DNA of 64,000 nt from SAR202 cluster bacterium (GTDB taxonomy: Bacteria; Chloroflexota; Dehalococcoidia; UBA6926; VFHL01). A model generated the notes under the pieces. It ran no database searches and had not been told where the DNA came from. It saw only the letters and a program-made list of their open reading frames with translations. Position numbers and translations under genes: made by a program. The stretch lies in contig VFHL01000006.1 of the NCBI GenBank assembly GCA_009392005.1, forward strand, positions 10,671 to 74,670. The letters run 5' to 3'. Within the stretch, counting starts at the first letter, position 1. Every line of letters begins with the position of its first letter. Of this stretch, positions 10,601-18,176 are shown piece by piece.

Positions 10601-11005
10601 GACCAAAAGCTGCCTAAACAACTCGCGATCTTCCGCCTGTTTTATCGTTTCAAGTGAAGTGCCCAATAATCGAACGTTGAACTCATCCAAGATCCCTGCT
10701 TCCGCAAGATCAACAGCTAAATTCAGTCCGGTTTGGCCGCCAAGCGTCGGCAACAAACCATCTGGACGTTCAATTTCTATTACACGTGTGACAGCTTCAA
10801 CAGTCAATGGTTCGATGTAAACAATGTCAGCAATGCCTTCATCGGTCATAATTGTTGCCGGATTAGAATTTACCAGAACTGAAGTCACACCCTCTTCTCT
10901 TAGCGCCTTACATGCCTGGGTTCCAGCGTAATCAAATTCAGCTGCTTGTCCAATAACTATCGGGCCACTCCCAATCACAAGTACCTTGGCTGGCTTATTA
11001 GTCAA
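7679..11005 (-). CDS. carB: carbamoyl-phosphate synthase large subunit
   Basis: Two ATP-grasp halves (VLVIGSGPIVIGQAAEFDY ... VILGSGPIRIGQGIEFDY) and an MGS-like C-terminus. The start is chosen as TTG at 11005, giving MTNKPAKVLVIGSG with SD GAGAGGT 5 nt upstream. The ORF track extends to 11035. Confidence 0.93.
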   Translation of the reverse strand: MTNKPAKVLVIGSGPIVIGQAAEFDYAGTQACKALREEGVTSVLVNSNPATIMTDEGIADIVYIEPLTVEAVTRVIEIERPDGLLPTLGGQTGLNLAVDLAEAGILDEFNVRLLGTSLETIKQAEDRELFRQLLVSLGEPVPESKTVTSLDEARAAAETIGLPLIVRPAYTLGGTGGGVADTWEEMETIVSMGLRSSPVNQVLLERSLVGWKELEYEVMRDASDTCITICNMENLDPMGVHTGDSIVVAPSQTLTDKDHQMLRSASLRIIRALGIEGGCNVQFALRPHPIVAEGMDLNVDDADPYYVIEVNPRVSRSSALASKATGYPIARVAAKIAVGKNLDEITNAVTDSTTAAFEPTLDYCVVKIPRWPFDKFPGGDRVMGTQMKATGEVMTIDRSFEVALQKAVRALEIGGRSLLWEDPEWDEFLGSSHLGSENELLFPPHDQRLWALMAALRRNATPVEIAQHTGIDPWFLDKLNRIVMMERRLLGEELNQDLLLQSKRLGFSDVQIATLADRLEDQVIALRKQWNILPVFKLVDTCAAEFDAVTPYFYSTYEQENEALPTNSATAVILGSGPIRIGQGIEFDYCSVHAAWALQEEGVRSIMINSNPETVSTDFDTSDRLYFEPLDSESVMNVLDNEVSMLSDGPEPPQSVVQFGGQTAINLAEKLDHFGMPILGSSLETIERAENRERFENFLEHEGIPQPPGAAVLTIEEAIEVTQYLGYPVVVRPSFVLGGRAMEVVHNDDELAAYVGIAAEIGQGKPILVDKYIEGREIEVDAVCDGEDVFIPGIMEHIERAGVHSGDSMAVYPGVTLTEDEIKAVVDYTVRLGRGLGIIGLMNIQFVLPIDHGSGDDENEPLYVIEVNPRSSRTIPFISKVTKIPMVKLATKVMLGQSLKSLGYYSGLWPDQGLWAIKAPVSSMAKLVGVDTYLGPEMKSTGEVMGVDNTFDGAMAKALIAANLGLRPDSSVLLSIADRDKEDAIPLVRQLVHQGHKLFATGGTAAMIANLDMPVTTVAKLGTGSPNVEEVIRDGTVSAVINTLTGGRVVLRDGFDIRRAAAEMGVPCFTSLDTARVAVISGVDKEHSYSIKPLNQYFKDEGTNGLQK

Positions 11006-11492
11006 GTGAACCTCTCTTTCCCATTGGGCGAGCAAGATCGTTGATGACTGCCGTCGCAGCGATTCCTTCTTGCCAAAAGTGATCCAAAATATCTTGGATG
11101 GCTAACAAACCTATCTTTTCAGGCGTAAATTCACAAAACTCATGGTCTTTATAAATAATGTGATTTTCTTGTTCGTTCATTGATTGTTTCACCCGAAAAT
11201 CCCAAGAATCCCTCGGAGGAACCCTGAAAAAGGTTAGGTCATCAGTTTGCTCAAGCAAGGTAATGAGCCCAATAAAATCACGTTTCTCAGAATGCCTTGT
11301 AGTGGTTGAAGTAATTGCGATCCTGACATACTCACGATTTTGACCAACCACTTCTAATTCCGCACCGATATTCCATTCTTCAATATGTGTATCCTCAAAA
11401 TATGACACCATTTTATCTGCCAGATATTGGGGAGACCCCCTCAAAACAACCTCAAATGGAGGTAGGGGCAGCCGCAGTTGTTTCTTTTCCAT
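10998..11492 (-). CDS. hypothetical protein embedded between carA and carB
   Basis: 164-aa ORF with no recognisable motif. Its stop TAA overlaps the carB TTG start (TTGACTAA). It looks more AT-rich than its neighbours. Confidence 0.55.
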   Translation of the reverse strand: MEKKQLRLPLPPFEVVLRGSPQYLADKMVSYFEDTHIEEWNIGAELEVVGQNREYVRIAITSTTTRHSEKRDFIGLITLLEQTDDLTFFRVPPRDSWDFRVKQSMNEQENHIIYKDHEFCEFTPEKIGLLAIQDILDHFWQEGIAATAVINDLARPMGKRGSLD

Positions 11493-11592
11493 ATCTAACC
11501 GATTAACCTTTCATTCGGATCACAATTAGCATTCATCAAAGTCCTCGTCAAAACCCACTTAGCACCAATCATTCGGCGTTTTACGAAATCCT

Positions 11593-12711
11593 TCATTCCT
11601 TCATTGACCCTAAAGCTTCGGCAACCGAGAAATTGGGTATCAAATCAAGGAATTCATTGAATATGTACTCGTTATCTCGCGGGCCAGGAGATCCTTCAGA
11701 ATGATACTGTACCGATAAAATCGGTAAGCTCTTGTGGCGCAAGCCTTCCACGGTTCCATCATTCAAATTAACATGACTAATTTCAAGGTCCGCAGGTAAA
11801 GAATCCCCTTCAACCGCATAACCATGATTTTGCGCTGTAATGTGAACATTACCCGATTGCAGCTCTTTAACAGCATGGTTCGCACCACGATGACCGAACT
11901 TAAGTTTGTAAGTTTTTGCGCCCATCGCACGCGCTATCATTTGATGACCTAAACATATACCTAATATCGGAAATTTGCCGATAATACCTTTAATCGTAAT
12001 TTCTAGTTGACTGAGTAAATTTGGGTCACCAGGGCCCGGGGACAAAACTAACCCGTCAGGTTTTAAAGAAACAATCTCTGAATCCGAGATGTCGCTTGGG
12101 ACCACTGTCACCCGACAATTCCATTTCTTCAGAATTCGTAATATGTTGAACTTCAAACCACCGTCAAGAACCACGATATGTGGACCAGTATTCTCTTCGC
12201 TATCTTCCCATGAATAATGTGTCGGCGTGGATACTTTACTGACAAAATTAGTGGCATCATAACGAGGGAATTCAGACAAACGTGATCTAGCAACTTCTGG
12301 TGATTCGTCAAACGATACCATGCCCATCATCACACCTGTGTGCCTTAAATGTCTTGTCAGAGCCCGAGTATCAACACCTGCCAATCCAACAATTTCGGCG
12401 TCTCGCAGATACGCATCCAACGTCATAATGCTCTTCTCATGACTCGGAAATTCGCACCACTCCCTCACAATAATTGAGCTCACCTGCACCTGGCCAGATT
12501 CAATATCCTCAGTGCTCAATCCATAGTTACCAATTAGTGGGTACGTGAAGGTAACCATTTGCCCGGCATACGACGGATCCGTCAAGATCTCTTGATAACC
12601 CATCATCGACGTATTGAAAACGACTTCGCCGGAGGTCTTTTTATCAAATCCAAAACGTTCCCCGTAATATACCGAACCATCTTCCAACACCAGAAATGCA
12701 TCCTTAACCAT
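11593..12711 (-). CDS. carA: carbamoyl-phosphate synthase small (glutaminase) subunit
   Basis: The start is chosen as ATG at 12711 (MVKDAFLVLEDGSVYYG...), overlapping the pyrC stop by 8 nt (ATGGTTAA). GATase triad region GICLGHQ. The ORF track extends to 12756. Confidence 0.93.
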   Translation of the reverse strand: MVKDAFLVLEDGSVYYGERFGFDKKTSGEVVFNTSMMGYQEILTDPSYAGQMVTFTYPLIGNYGLSTEDIESGQVQVSSIIVREWCEFPSHEKSIMTLDAYLRDAEIVGLAGVDTRALTRHLRHTGVMMGMVSFDESPEVARSRLSEFPRYDATNFVSKVSTPTHYSWEDSEENTGPHIVVLDGGLKFNILRILKKWNCRVTVVPSDISDSEIVSLKPDGLVLSPGPGDPNLLSQLEITIKGIIGKFPILGICLGHQMIARAMGAKTYKLKFGHRGANHAVKELQSGNVHITAQNHGYAVEGDSLPADLEISHVNLNDGTVEGLRHKSLPILSVQYHSEGSPGPRDNEYIFNEFLDLIPNFSVAEALGSMKE

Positions 12712-14083
12712 CCAACGCCCCTTTTCTTTCCACAGCAAATCGATTTTCAGAATCATGCACCACGCGTCCTCCGTAAACGGTTGCTACAACCTGACCGGTC
12801 AATGTCGCACCATCCAACGGTGTGTTTTTTCCTTTGGACTGGAAATTTGATGAATCAACAACCCAGTTCGACGAGAGGTTTAAAAGTGTAATATCACCCA
12901 CGCTGCCAACCGCTAAACTTCCCAGGCCACTAACTTTGGTAGCCAGAAGTGAGGCAGGTTTTTCAGTTAATGAACGAATCACCGTCAATAGATCAAGTCT
13001 TTTTTGTTGCACAAGCGTTAAAAGTAGTCCTGCAGCAGTCTCTAAACCGGTAAAACCCACCGCTGCGTCTCCAAACTCAACAAGTTTGTCCTCAGGTGTA
13101 TGCGGCGCATGATCTGTTGCAATAAGATCAATGACTCCCTGCTCTAAAGCTGTAATGAGAGCTTCGCAATCATTACTAGTGCGTAGAGGCGGATTAACTT
13201 TCGCTAATGTGTCATAAACGTGCCCATTTGAACCAAACTCGCGACGACCCAATATCCATTCGTGCGTCAGAGCCAAATGATGAGGTGTCACTTCAGCGGT
13301 TACAGATAGACCATCATCCTTAGCCCGCTTAATTGCCTCAAGTGAACCGGCAGTACTAACATGTGCAACGTGTAACCGGCCTCCTGTTTCACGGACAAGC
13401 GAGATGTCTCGTAAAATAGCAGATTCCTCTGCTGCAGAAGGAATCCCAACCAAACCCAATCTTGCTGATACCCAACCATCGTGCATCGCACCACCAGATG
13501 ACAAACCGATGTCTTCTGCATGTTCAATGATTGGTAACCCCACTCCCTTAGAATACGTTAGTGCTTGACGCATAATATTCGGATCGCTCACGGGCTTCCC
13601 ATCATCACTAAAACCAATAGCTCCAGCGCTTGCCATTTCGTACATCTCAGCCAAGTTCTTGCCATTACTACCTTCAGTAATTGCACCAATTGGTAAGACT
13701 CGTACAACACCTTCTTGACTAGATCTTTGATATACAAAATCAATTAGGCTCGCATTATCAAGCACTGGCTGAGTGTTCGGCATCGCACAGACCGTAGTAA
13801 AACCACCTACAGCAGCCGCTGTCGTACCCGTTTCAATAGTTTCTTTTGCTTCGAATCCCGGCTCGCGAAGATGGCAATGCAGGTCTATAAAACCGGGACA
13901 TACAATCAATCCTTTGGCATCTAAGATATGATAATTTTCGGGTAAAGCGGGAAGCTTTTCACCCTCTCTCATCATCCAGGAAACCACGCCGTTTTCGATC
14001 AGAACGTTCCCAAGAAAATCACTGTCCTGAGCAGGATCGATAATTCGCCCGCCCTTCACTAACAAGGGTATTTCTTGTTTCAT
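12704..14083 (-). CDS. pyrC: dihydroorotase
   Basis: Metal-binding motifs DLHCHLREPG and HVAHVST, and DHAPH. Confidence 0.93.
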   Translation of the reverse strand: MKQEIPLLVKGGRIIDPAQDSDFLGNVLIENGVVSWMMREGEKLPALPENYHILDAKGLIVCPGFIDLHCHLREPGFEAKETIETGTTAAAVGGFTTVCAMPNTQPVLDNASLIDFVYQRSSQEGVVRVLPIGAITEGSNGKNLAEMYEMASAGAIGFSDDGKPVSDPNIMRQALTYSKGVGLPIIEHAEDIGLSSGGAMHDGWVSARLGLVGIPSAAEESAILRDISLVRETGGRLHVAHVSTAGSLEAIKRAKDDGLSVTAEVTPHHLALTHEWILGRREFGSNGHVYDTLAKVNPPLRTSNDCEALITALEQGVIDLIATDHAPHTPEDKLVEFGDAAVGFTGLETAAGLLLTLVQQKRLDLLTVIRSLTEKPASLLATKVSGLGSLAVGSVGDITLLNLSSNWVVDSSNFQSKGKNTPLDGATLTGQVVATVYGGRVVHDSENRFAVERKGALDG

Positions 14084-14088
14084 TTAAA

Positions 14089-15072
14089 TTAGTCTCCCGC
14101 CACAAGATGAAGTAATGCCATTCTTATTGCTACACCATTTTCGACTTGCTCATCAATTACAGAATTAGTACTACGTGACACATCGGTGCTAATCTCAATC
14201 CCCTCCATAACCGGGCCCGGATGTAAAAGAAGAGCATGAGGTTTTGCCTTACGAAGTCGTTCACTATTGATTTGATAATACTTGATATATTCGCGAATGC
14301 TGGGCAACAAACCCTGCTTTTGTCGCTCCTCTTGAAGGCGTAAAGTCATGATCACATCAGCATCCTCTAAGGCAAGATCTAATTCTGGCTCAACATTAAG
14401 ATGCCCTTCCACTTCCTTGTAAGCCAAAAGAAAATCGTTATGAAGCAGTGTTAACGGAGCACACAAAGTCACCTTAGCACCCATACATACGAGTCCCCAG
14501 ATATTTGACCGCGCAACACGACTGTGCAAAATATCGCCAACTATGACAACTTTTAGCCCCTCAATCGCACCAAGTTTATTTCTGATGGTGTAAAGATCAA
14601 TCAATGCTTGCGTAGGATGTGCATGAGCGCCATCTCCACCGTTGATAATACTCGTTTGAACGTGCCTTGATGCTAAGTAAGGGGCCCCGGCTTGCCGGTG
14701 TCGCATTACGATAACGCGCGTGCCCATTGACTCCAGCGTCCGAACGGTATCGATCAACGACTCTCCCTTCTCAACGCTGCTACCCGAACCCGAAACGTTA
14801 ATCGTATCAGCACTCATAATTTTAGCTGCGCGCTCAAACGAGGTTCTGGTCCGTGTACTGGGTTCATAGAACAAATTGACGACTGTCTGGCTTTGAAGGT
14901 CTGGTATCCGCGGGGTACGTTCAGAAAGAACTTCTTGCATTGTATCTGTAACCTCGAAGACAGTTTCAACTTCACTTCTCGAAAAGTCATCCAAGTCCAA
15001 TACATTGGACCGATTCCACGTATCTAACTGAGAACTAACCGATTCAGATAGTCCCTGGTTTTGCCTAGTCAT
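14089..15072 (-). CDS. pyrB: aspartate carbamoyltransferase catalytic subunit
   Basis: STRTR carbamoyl-phosphate-binding motif, HPTQ and HPGP motifs. The start is chosen as ATG at 15072 (MTRQNQ...), overlapping the pyrR stop by 8 nt (ATGACTAG). The ORF track's 387-aa version overlaps pyrR by 188 nt and is an over-extension. Confidence 0.93.
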   Translation of the reverse strand: MTRQNQGLSESVSSQLDTWNRSNVLDLDDFSRSEVETVFEVTDTMQEVLSERTPRIPDLQSQTVVNLFYEPSTRTRTSFERAAKIMSADTINVSGSGSSVEKGESLIDTVRTLESMGTRVIVMRHRQAGAPYLASRHVQTSIINGGDGAHAHPTQALIDLYTIRNKLGAIEGLKVVIVGDILHSRVARSNIWGLVCMGAKVTLCAPLTLLHNDFLLAYKEVEGHLNVEPELDLALEDADVIMTLRLQEERQKQGLLPSIREYIKYYQINSERLRKAKPHALLLHPGPVMEGIEISTDVSRSTNSVIDEQVENGVAIRMALLHLVAGD

Positions 15073-15622
15073 CTTTTTGATCACCCCTCCAGAGAACCAC
15101 TTCATCGCAATCATCAATTTCTTCCATTCGAACACGAACATGTTCGTCTGCAGACGTTGGAATATTTTTCCCGACATAATCGGCACGAATCGGGAGTTCA
15201 CGATGCCCACGATCAACAAGGATGGCCAACTGTATTGCTCGCGGCCTTCCAAAATCCATCAACGCATCCATAGCTGCTCGCACAGTTCTACCAGTAAAAA
15301 GCACATCATCGACAAGAATCACGCGTCGATCAGATATTTCAAACTCTATCGAAATACTGCTTTTATCAATTGAACGACGGTCACGAGGCACAGAAATATC
15401 ATCACGATACAAACTTACGTCTAAGGAGGTGATCGGTACGGTGGTGCCTTCAGATTCTTCGAGAGCATGGACTATGCGTTGAGCTAGATAAACACCACGC
15501 GTTCGAAGACCAACGAACAATGTGTCATCAATACCACGATTACGTTCAGCTATTTCATGGGCAATCCGTCTCAAAGCGCGACGGATGTCTTTCGCTGCAA
15601 GTAGTACTCGTTCGTTCGACAA
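15065..15622 (-). CDS. pyrR: bifunctional pyr operon regulator / uracil phosphoribosyltransferase PyrR
   Basis: MSNERVLLAAKDIRRALRRIAHEIAERNRG... with PRTase motif VILVDDVLFTGRT. TTG start at 15622. Confidence 0.93.
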   Translation of the reverse strand: MSNERVLLAAKDIRRALRRIAHEIAERNRGIDDTLFVGLRTRGVYLAQRIVHALEESEGTTVPITSLDVSLYRDDISVPRDRRSIDKSSISIEFEISDRRVILVDDVLFTGRTVRAAMDALMDFGRPRAIQLAILVDRGHRELPIRADYVGKNIPTSADEHVRVRMEEIDDCDEVVLWRGDQKDD

Positions 15623-15735
15623 AAAAAACCCCCTGTCATCACAGAGGGACCAGCGAGCGTTTCTTTGCTATGGCACCCGGCTCAATTATCTCGAGCGGTC
15701 CCTTGCCAGCCTCGCAGGACTGAATTAAAGGTACT
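15620..15735 (-). promoter_or_regulatory. pyr leader attenuator: PyrR-binding loop plus intrinsic terminator
   Basis: The minus-strand RNA contains UUUAAUUCAGUCCUGCGAGGCUGGCAAGG, matching the PyrR binding-loop consensus UCCxGxGAGGCUxxCAAGG. A hairpin CCCUCUGU-GAUG-ACAGGGGG plus U8 (15621-15651) sits immediately 5' of the pyrR TTG. Confidence 0.65.
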
Positions 15736-16041
15736 GAAACGCTCTCAGATGCCTAGCACACTTGGATCATAACACACTTTAAGTGGCTGAAACATGAGAA
15801 ACAATTCGTTAGTAATTTGTTACAAGAGACCTTTATAAAAACTGCATCCTCACAATAAACACCGCCATCATACAGCTATAAACAATGCACAAGCTAATGA
15901 TTCAACTATTGATATTGAACCCACCATCCGACTAGTTTGGTTAAGTTAAATTATTACGAAACAGCTCGTATTGACAGCAATATATCGTGATGATAGCTTG
16001 TTGTCCTCTCAAAAATTGTCTGGGAGGACACGGAGACAAGA

Positions 16042-16884
16042 ATGCAAAAAGTCACTATCATCCATCAATCTCGACTCTCAAACGCTCCATCCATAGCGGA
16101 AGCATTAGCTGATGTTGTGACCCAACACGGTGCAAAAGCAATCGTTTACTCTACATGGAATGAACTTTTAGGTGACGACGTAACCGACAAAACAGACCTT
16201 GCCATAACGGTTGGTGGAGATGGAACGTTACTTCGTATGGCCCGAATAATGGCCGTACAGAATGTTCCCGTTATCGGCGTTAATATGGGCAGAATTGGTT
16301 TCACTACAGAACTTAGTGCGGAAGAAGCCGTGGAGAAACTACCCTTATTCCTCGAAGGCCAGGGGTGGATTGAAGAACGAACAATGTTGTCTGCCACGAT
16401 GGGTGATTATTCAGGAAACGCATTAAATGAGGTAGTAATCAGTCGCAATGGCCCTGCGAGGATAGTCCATTGTGTAATCCGCATTAATGATCAAATCATC
16501 ACAAGTTATCGTGGTGATGGGGCATTAATTGCCAGCGCGACAGGTAGCACTGGTTACTCTCTTTCAAATGGAGGCCCTGTACTTGAACCAGAGTCCACTG
16601 CAATCATTGTTAAGCCGATCAACCCTCATGTTTCACTGAACACGCCTTTAATTGTCGACGATGATGCGACAATAAATGTCCATGTACTAACAGATCATGG
16701 AGCCACATTAACGCTTGATGGAAATGAAGATGAAAATTTGATGACTGACTCTGACATATATATAAAAAGGTCTAATCTAAAAGCACGATTTCTGCGCTTG
16801 CGCTCAAAAGACTATTTTTACACTGTCGCGGCGAATTTGCTGAGCCGGGCCGTCCCGGTACCAACGAACACCAACAATCCATAA
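16042..16884 (+). CDS. nadK: NAD+ kinase
   Basis: GGDGT motif, NE/D motif and the conserved C-terminal half of NAD kinases. Confidence 0.9.
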   Translation: MQKVTIIHQSRLSNAPSIAEALADVVTQHGAKAIVYSTWNELLGDDVTDKTDLAITVGGDGTLLRMARIMAVQNVPVIGVNMGRIGFTTELSAEEAVEKLPLFLEGQGWIEERTMLSATMGDYSGNALNEVVISRNGPARIVHCVIRINDQIITSYRGDGALIASATGSTGYSLSNGGPVLEPESTAIIVKPINPHVSLNTPLIVDDDATINVHVLTDHGATLTLDGNEDENLMTDSDIYIKRSNLKARFLRLRSKDYFYTVAANLLSRAVPVPTNTNNP

Positions 16885-16925
16885 CGTGACTTGACGTAAA
16901 TGAGGCAAAAGAGGAACATTAACCC

Positions 16926-17423
16926 ATGATTACCACTGAAGAATTAGTTGAATTGACAAAAAGGGATCTCGTTTTAGATAGAGCGAGTTTGTCTGATATG
17001 CCCCAAGTACACGCTATGATCAATGAATATGCTGATCGAGGCGAAATGCTGCACCGCTCACTCGCAGAATTGTATGAATATGTTCGCGATTTCACAATAA
17101 TCCGAGAAGCAGGAGGAGTAGTCGCATGTGCATCATTGCATGTAATTTGGGACGATCTAGCTGAAATCCGATCCGTCGCAGTGAAAGAGGATTTACAATC
17201 TCATGGGTTGGGAGCATTACTCGTAGAACATTGCGTAGATGAAGCACGAAGCTTAGGGTTAAGCCGAGTCTTTTGTTTAACACACAAGCCAGGATATTAC
17301 GAAAAATTAGGTTTCAATCGAACAGAAGTAATGTCATTTCCTCGCAAGGTATGGTCTGAATGCATTAGATGCCCAAAATTCAGTGCCTGCAATGAAATTG
17401 CGATGTCAATGGACCTGAAATAA
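16926..17423 (+). CDS. GNAT N-acetyltransferase, short ArgA-like (N-acetylglutamate synthase-like) family
   Basis: GNAT core HGLGALLVEH with the C-terminal C-x2-C...C motif (WSECIRCPKFSACNEIAM) typical of short ArgA-like acetyltransferases. Confidence 0.65.
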   Translation: MITTEELVELTKRDLVLDRASLSDMPQVHAMINEYADRGEMLHRSLAELYEYVRDFTIIREAGGVVACASLHVIWDDLAEIRSVAVKEDLQSHGLGALLVEHCVDEARSLGLSRVFCLTHKPGYYEKLGFNRTEVMSFPRKVWSECIRCPKFSACNEIAMSMDLK

Positions 17424-17474
17424 GATTTAACGTCTAAATCCGATCCACATACTAGAAAGATCAGAACGAATATT

Positions 17475-18017
17475 ATGGCCAATCCAGAGCAGGTTACCAG
17501 CACAAAACGTATATATAAGGGACGTGTCATTGGTCTGCGTATTGATACAATAAAGATGGCTGATGGAACCGTTAGTGAACGTGCAATTGTTGAACATGGA
17601 GAGTCCGTCTGTATCGTTGCGATTGATGAAAATGACGTGGTGGTTCTCGTCCGTCAATACAGACTCGCAGCGGGCCAACACCTGCTAGAAATTCCAGCAG
17701 GTAGTATGGAACCCAATGAAACGCCTCTGGAGGCAGCACAACGTGAACTACGGGAAGAAACAGGTCGCCTAGCCAGCAAATGGGAAAAACTTGGCGGTTA
17801 TTACGCCGCACCGGGTTACACCGCCGAATTCTTGCACTTGTTTTTGGCTAAAGAGTTATCTAAAGGACCGGATGATCAAGATGAGGATGAAGATGTTGAA
17901 GTTGAAACACATGCGCTAAATTCCATTCCATCGATGATAGCCAATGGCACAATACGTGATGCAAAAAGTATTGCTGGATTATTACAAGTGATCCATGGGC
18001 TTGGCACACTGAAGTGA
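17475..18017 (+). CDS. Nudix hydrolase, ADP-ribose pyrophosphatase-like
   Basis: Canonical Nudix box GSMEPNETPLEAAQRELREETG. Confidence 0.85.
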   Translation: MANPEQVTSTKRIYKGRVIGLRIDTIKMADGTVSERAIVEHGESVCIVAIDENDVVVLVRQYRLAAGQHLLEIPAGSMEPNETPLEAAQRELREETGRLASKWEKLGGYYAAPGYTAEFLHLFLAKELSKGPDDQDEDEDVEVETHALNSIPSMIANGTIRDAKSIAGLLQVIHGLGTLK

Positions 18018-18176
18018 TAAAGGGTGTTAACAAAATAGTAATTACTACTATTTGACTGGCGTTTTTTTTGCATTTATTCCCTTGAATAACAACTTCTTTT
18101 GACGGTAAATTCCTTGCGACTGAAGCTAGCCAGTGATATTCTTTGACAGATATATTCCAGCTAGGACGGTGGTTCT

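Noticed and set aside
7752-10820. Multiple 60-96-aa ORFs antisense within carB; similar ones occur inside rpoB/rpoC, the SDR genes and the CaiB fusion
   Set aside because: They are embedded antisense in strongly supported conserved genes, with no SDs and compositionally biased translations. They are typical shadow ORFs.
14089-15252. 387-aa version of pyrB (and the 12756 and 11035 starts for carA and carB)
   Set aside because: These are N-terminal over-extensions that would overlap the upstream genes by 53-188 nt. Conserved N-termini and SDs point to internal starts.
18033-18069. Palindrome AAATAGTA-ATTAC-TACTATTT followed by T8, after the Nudix gene
   Set aside because: The stem is all A/T (weak) and separated from the T-tract by 8 nt. 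It is a possible weak terminator, but not convincing enough to call.
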